This document shows, piece by piece, positions 32,380 through 35,001 of a stretch of 35,001 bases of DNA. The notes below the pieces were generated by a model, which made no database searches, was not told the origin of the DNA, and saw only the letters and a program-made list of their open reading frames with translations. The stretch spans positions 62,001-97,001 of the forward strand of contig JAXLNO010004992.1 in NCBI GenBank assembly GCA_038087875.1, read 5' to 3'. The stretch is from Malacoraja senta (Eukaryota). Each line of letters starts with the position of its first letter. Position 1 is the first letter of the stretch. Position numbers and translations under genes: made by a program.

Positions 32380-33130
32380 CACTGTAGAGCCCTAGTGAGA
32401 CCACACCTGGAGTATTGTGTGCAGTTTTGGCATGTTGGCCTTCATAACAAGAGGAGTTGAGTACAGGATCAAAGAGGTCCTTCTGCAGTTGTACAGGGCC
32501 CTAGTGAGACCACACCTGGAGTATTGTGTGCAGTTTTGGCCTGTTGGCCTTCATAACAAGAGGAGTTGAGTACAGGATCAAAGAGGTCCTTCTGCAGTTG
32601 TACAGGGCCCTAGTGAGACCACACCTGGAGTATTGTATACTCTGGAGTTTAGAAGGATGAGAGGTGATCTCATTGAAACATAAAAGATTGTTTAGGGCGT
32701 GGACACGCTAGAGGCAGGAAACATGTTCCCGATTTTGGGGGAGTCCAGAACCAGGGGCCACAGTTTAAGAATAAGGGGTAAGCCATTTAGACTATAGACA
32801 ATAGACAATAGGTGCAAGAGCAGGCCATTTGGCCCTTCGAGCCAGCACCGCCATTCAATGTGATTTAGAAAGGAGTCGAGGAAACACTTTTTCTCTCTGA
32901 GAGTTGAGAGTCTGTGGAATTCTCTGCCTCAGAGGGCGGTGGAGGCCGGTTCTCTGGATGTTTTCAAGACAGAGTTAGATAGGGCTTTTAAAGATAGCGG
33001 AGTCAGGGGATATGGGGAGAAGGCAGGAACAGGGTACTGATTGTGGATGATCAGCCATGATCACATTGAATGGCGGTGCTGGCTGGAAGGGCCGAATGGC
33101 CTACTCCTGCACCTGTTGTCTATTGTCTGT
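32380..33130 (+). mobile_element. CR1 (family B) 3' portion with a 110-bp tandem triplication and a nested 71-bp inverted CR1 tail
   Basis: gccctagtgagaccacacc recurs with period 110 (about 32388, 32498, 32608). Insert 32792-32862 is flanked by ATTTAGA (32785-32791 and 32863-32869). Confidence 0.9.
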
Positions 33131-33164
33131 TGTACCTCGGTACACGTGACGATAGTGAACTCAC

Positions 33165-33266
33165 CTTGGGGGAAGAGCCAATGGTGAAACAACTTGAGGG
33201 CCCCGTAGAGGATGAAGGCGCAGAGGAGAAGTCCCATGGCGTCCTCCATCTTGGGTCCTGACGCTC
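33165..33266 (-). CDS. TAPBP: Tapasin connecting peptide and transmembrane exon
   Basis: cctgcag|GA GCG TCA...CCC CAA G|gtgagt, 102 nt. ASGPKMEDAMGLLLCAFILYGALKLFHHW aligns with human SGPSLEDSVGLFLSAFLLLGLFKALGW, including the acidic ED pair and the intramembrane Lys. Confidence 0.93.
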
Positions 33267-33519
33267 CTGCAGGATGAGCAGGAAAGGTCAGCTCACTGCC
33301 CATGACCCTTGACCCCTGACCCCACACCTGACCCCTTGACCCCACACCTGACCCCCGACCTCAAACACAATAGACAATAGACCCTGTTTGTCTCTCCCCC
33401 CTCACCCTCTCCTCCACCCTCTCCTCAAACCCTCTTTCTCTTTCCTCATCTCTCACTCTACCCCTCCCTCCCGTCTCTCACACGCCATCATCAATGACAT
33501 GCAAAACAGGCCAAATGGC

Positions 33520-33940
33520 CACTACAGAGGTGAGGAGCGGAGGTGTGGAGGGGATGGAGAAGGGAGGGAAGGTGAGGAGGGGAGGAAGGGATGTGAGAAG
33601 AGGAGGGGAGGAAGAGAGGGGAAGGGAGGAGGGGAGGGGAGGAGGAGGAGGGGAGGAAGAGAGGGGAGGAGTGGAGGAGAGGGGAGGGGAGGAGTAGAGG
33701 GGAGGGGAGGGAAGGATGGAGGGGGGAGGGGAGGAGGGGGTTGGGAGGAGTTGAGGGGAGTTGAGGGGAGATGAGGGTAGTTGAGGGGGAGGTGAGGAAG
33801 GGGGAGGGGAGGAGTTGAGGGTAGTTGAGGGGGAGGTGAGGAAGGGGGAGGGGTTGAGGGTAGTTGAGGGTAGTTGAGGGGAGGTGAGGAAGGGGGAGGG
33901 GAGGGGTTGAGGGTAGTTGAGGGGGAGGTGAGGAAGGGCC
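33520..33940. repeat. G/A-rich low-complexity tract in a tapasin intron
   Basis: GGA/GAGG runs and repeated gttgaggg units. Confidence 0.92.
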
Positions 33941-33957
33941 ATTCCCCCGGGCCTTAC

Positions 33958-34281
33958 CTGCCACCATCAGTGTGATGTCCCTCCGGACACCTGCGGCCAT
34001 GGACAGGTGCTCCACATGACAGGTGTAGACGTCTCCGTGATCGGCCGCGCCGGGCCTCACCTGGACGCCGCTGGTCACATTGAAAGTGCCGTCGTGGTTC
34101 CTCTGGTGCCCCAGCTGCCAGCTGTGGGTCAGCAGCCGGTCACTGGTGTCTCCGGCCGCCCGGCGCCACCAGGTCACCGTCACGTCCAGCGGGTAGTAGC
34201 CACTCACCTCACACACAACGTCCTGGGACTGACCGGCGGACACGTAGAGGGGCGACGGGCTCAGGACCACACTCGGGGGCT
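33958..34281 (-). CDS. TAPBP: Tapasin Ig C1-set domain exon
   Basis: catacag|AG CCC CCG...GTG GCA G|gtaagg, 324 nt, phase 1-1. PPSVVLSPSP...VVCEVSGYYPLDVTVTW...HQRNHDGTF...YTCHVEH...TLMVAG. Upstream exons lie beyond 35001. Confidence 0.93.
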
Positions 34282-34379
34282 CTGTATGACCAACACCACG
34301 TTAATAATCACACTGGCACTAACTCCAAACTCACTGTAGCAATTGGTGTGTGGGACAAGAAATGTAACTGGTGTGTCGT

Positions 34380-34860
34380 GTAGAAACATAGGTGGTGCAG
34401 GAGTAGGCCATTCGGCCCTTCCAGCCAGCACCGCCGTTCAATACACAATAGACAATAGGTGCAGGAGTTGGCCATTCGGCCCTTCCAGCCAGCACCGCCC
34501 AAACCCTCTAGCGTGCCCAAACCCTTAACAATCTTATATGTTTCAAAAGATCCCCTCTCATCCTTCTAAACTCCAGACATTCACTGTGAACATGGGTGAT
34601 CATCCACAATCAGTACCCCGTTCCTGCCTTCTCCCCATATCCCTTGATTCCTTTAGTCCTAAGAGCTAAATCCAACTCTCTCTTGAAAACATCCAGTGAA
34701 TTGGCCTCCAATGCCATCTGTGGCAGAGAATTCCACAGATTCACAACATGTTCAGGAAACATGTTCCCGATGTTGGGGGAGTCCAGAACCAGGGGCCACA
34801 GTTTAAGAATAAGGGGTAAGCCATTTAGAACGGAGACGAGGAAACAGGTGTTCTCAAGTG
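34380..34860. mobile_element. Scrambled CR1 3' fragments in both orientations
   Basis: Minus-strand tails at 34380-34500 and 34596-34745 fused to a plus-strand fragment from about 34750. Confidence 0.85.
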
Positions 34861-34869
34861 TCGAGTCCA

Positions 34870-35001
34870 TCGTGTAGTCACGGTGTCCAGTGTAATGTAG
34901 TTTAGAGTAGTGAGGTTCAGTACATTGTAGTGTAGTGTGGTGTGTAGTGTATTGTACAGTTCAGTCTATAGTATGTAGTGTCGTTTACTGTGGTTTAGTG
35001 C
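34870..35001. repeat. Degenerate (TGTAG)n simple repeat
   Basis: Visible pentamer periodicity. Confidence 0.75.

Noticed and set aside
33388-33957. Pro/Ser-rich extension of the C1 ORF (33491-34270) and Gly-rich plus-strand ORFs
   Set aside because: Read-through past the G|gtaagg donor into a low-complexity intron.

Overview
Eukaryotic genomic DNA from a cartilaginous fish, most likely a skate or ray, judged from HE1/V-SINE-like, CR1, Penelope, Rex1 and L1 repeats. Most of the window is nested, decayed retroelements. One host gene is clearly recognisable: the last four coding exons of tapasin (TAPBP) on the minus strand (C1 exon 33958-34281, TM exon 33165-33266, tail exons 31232-31269 and 30103-30114). 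They splice in frame to ...TLMVAG-ASGPKMEDAMGLLLCAFILYGALKLFHHWLFPQ-VNLPRGNSEEELK-KRN*, ending in a KKxx ER-retrieval signal, which suggests an MHC-linked locus. The left part holds a direct segmental duplication with a period of about 6.75 kb (1762-6122 vs 8505-12899). Each copy carries CR1 and Penelope pieces, an LTR split by a MITE, and three small splice-site-bounded segments that join into an unannotated ORF with a ubiquitin-like hydrophobic pattern. Two CpG-rich promoter-like islands (13.3-13.8 kb and 18.7-19.4 kb, the latter with an IRF element) carry consensus minus-strand splice donors pointing toward those exons. Together these suggest a possibly interferon-inducible, unannotated gene downstream of tapasin; this is inference and unverified. 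Penelope ends carry minimal hammerhead ribozyme motifs. No autonomous intact element lies wholly in the window. Repeat boundaries were set by eye and are approximate to about 10-20 bp unless a junction is quoted.
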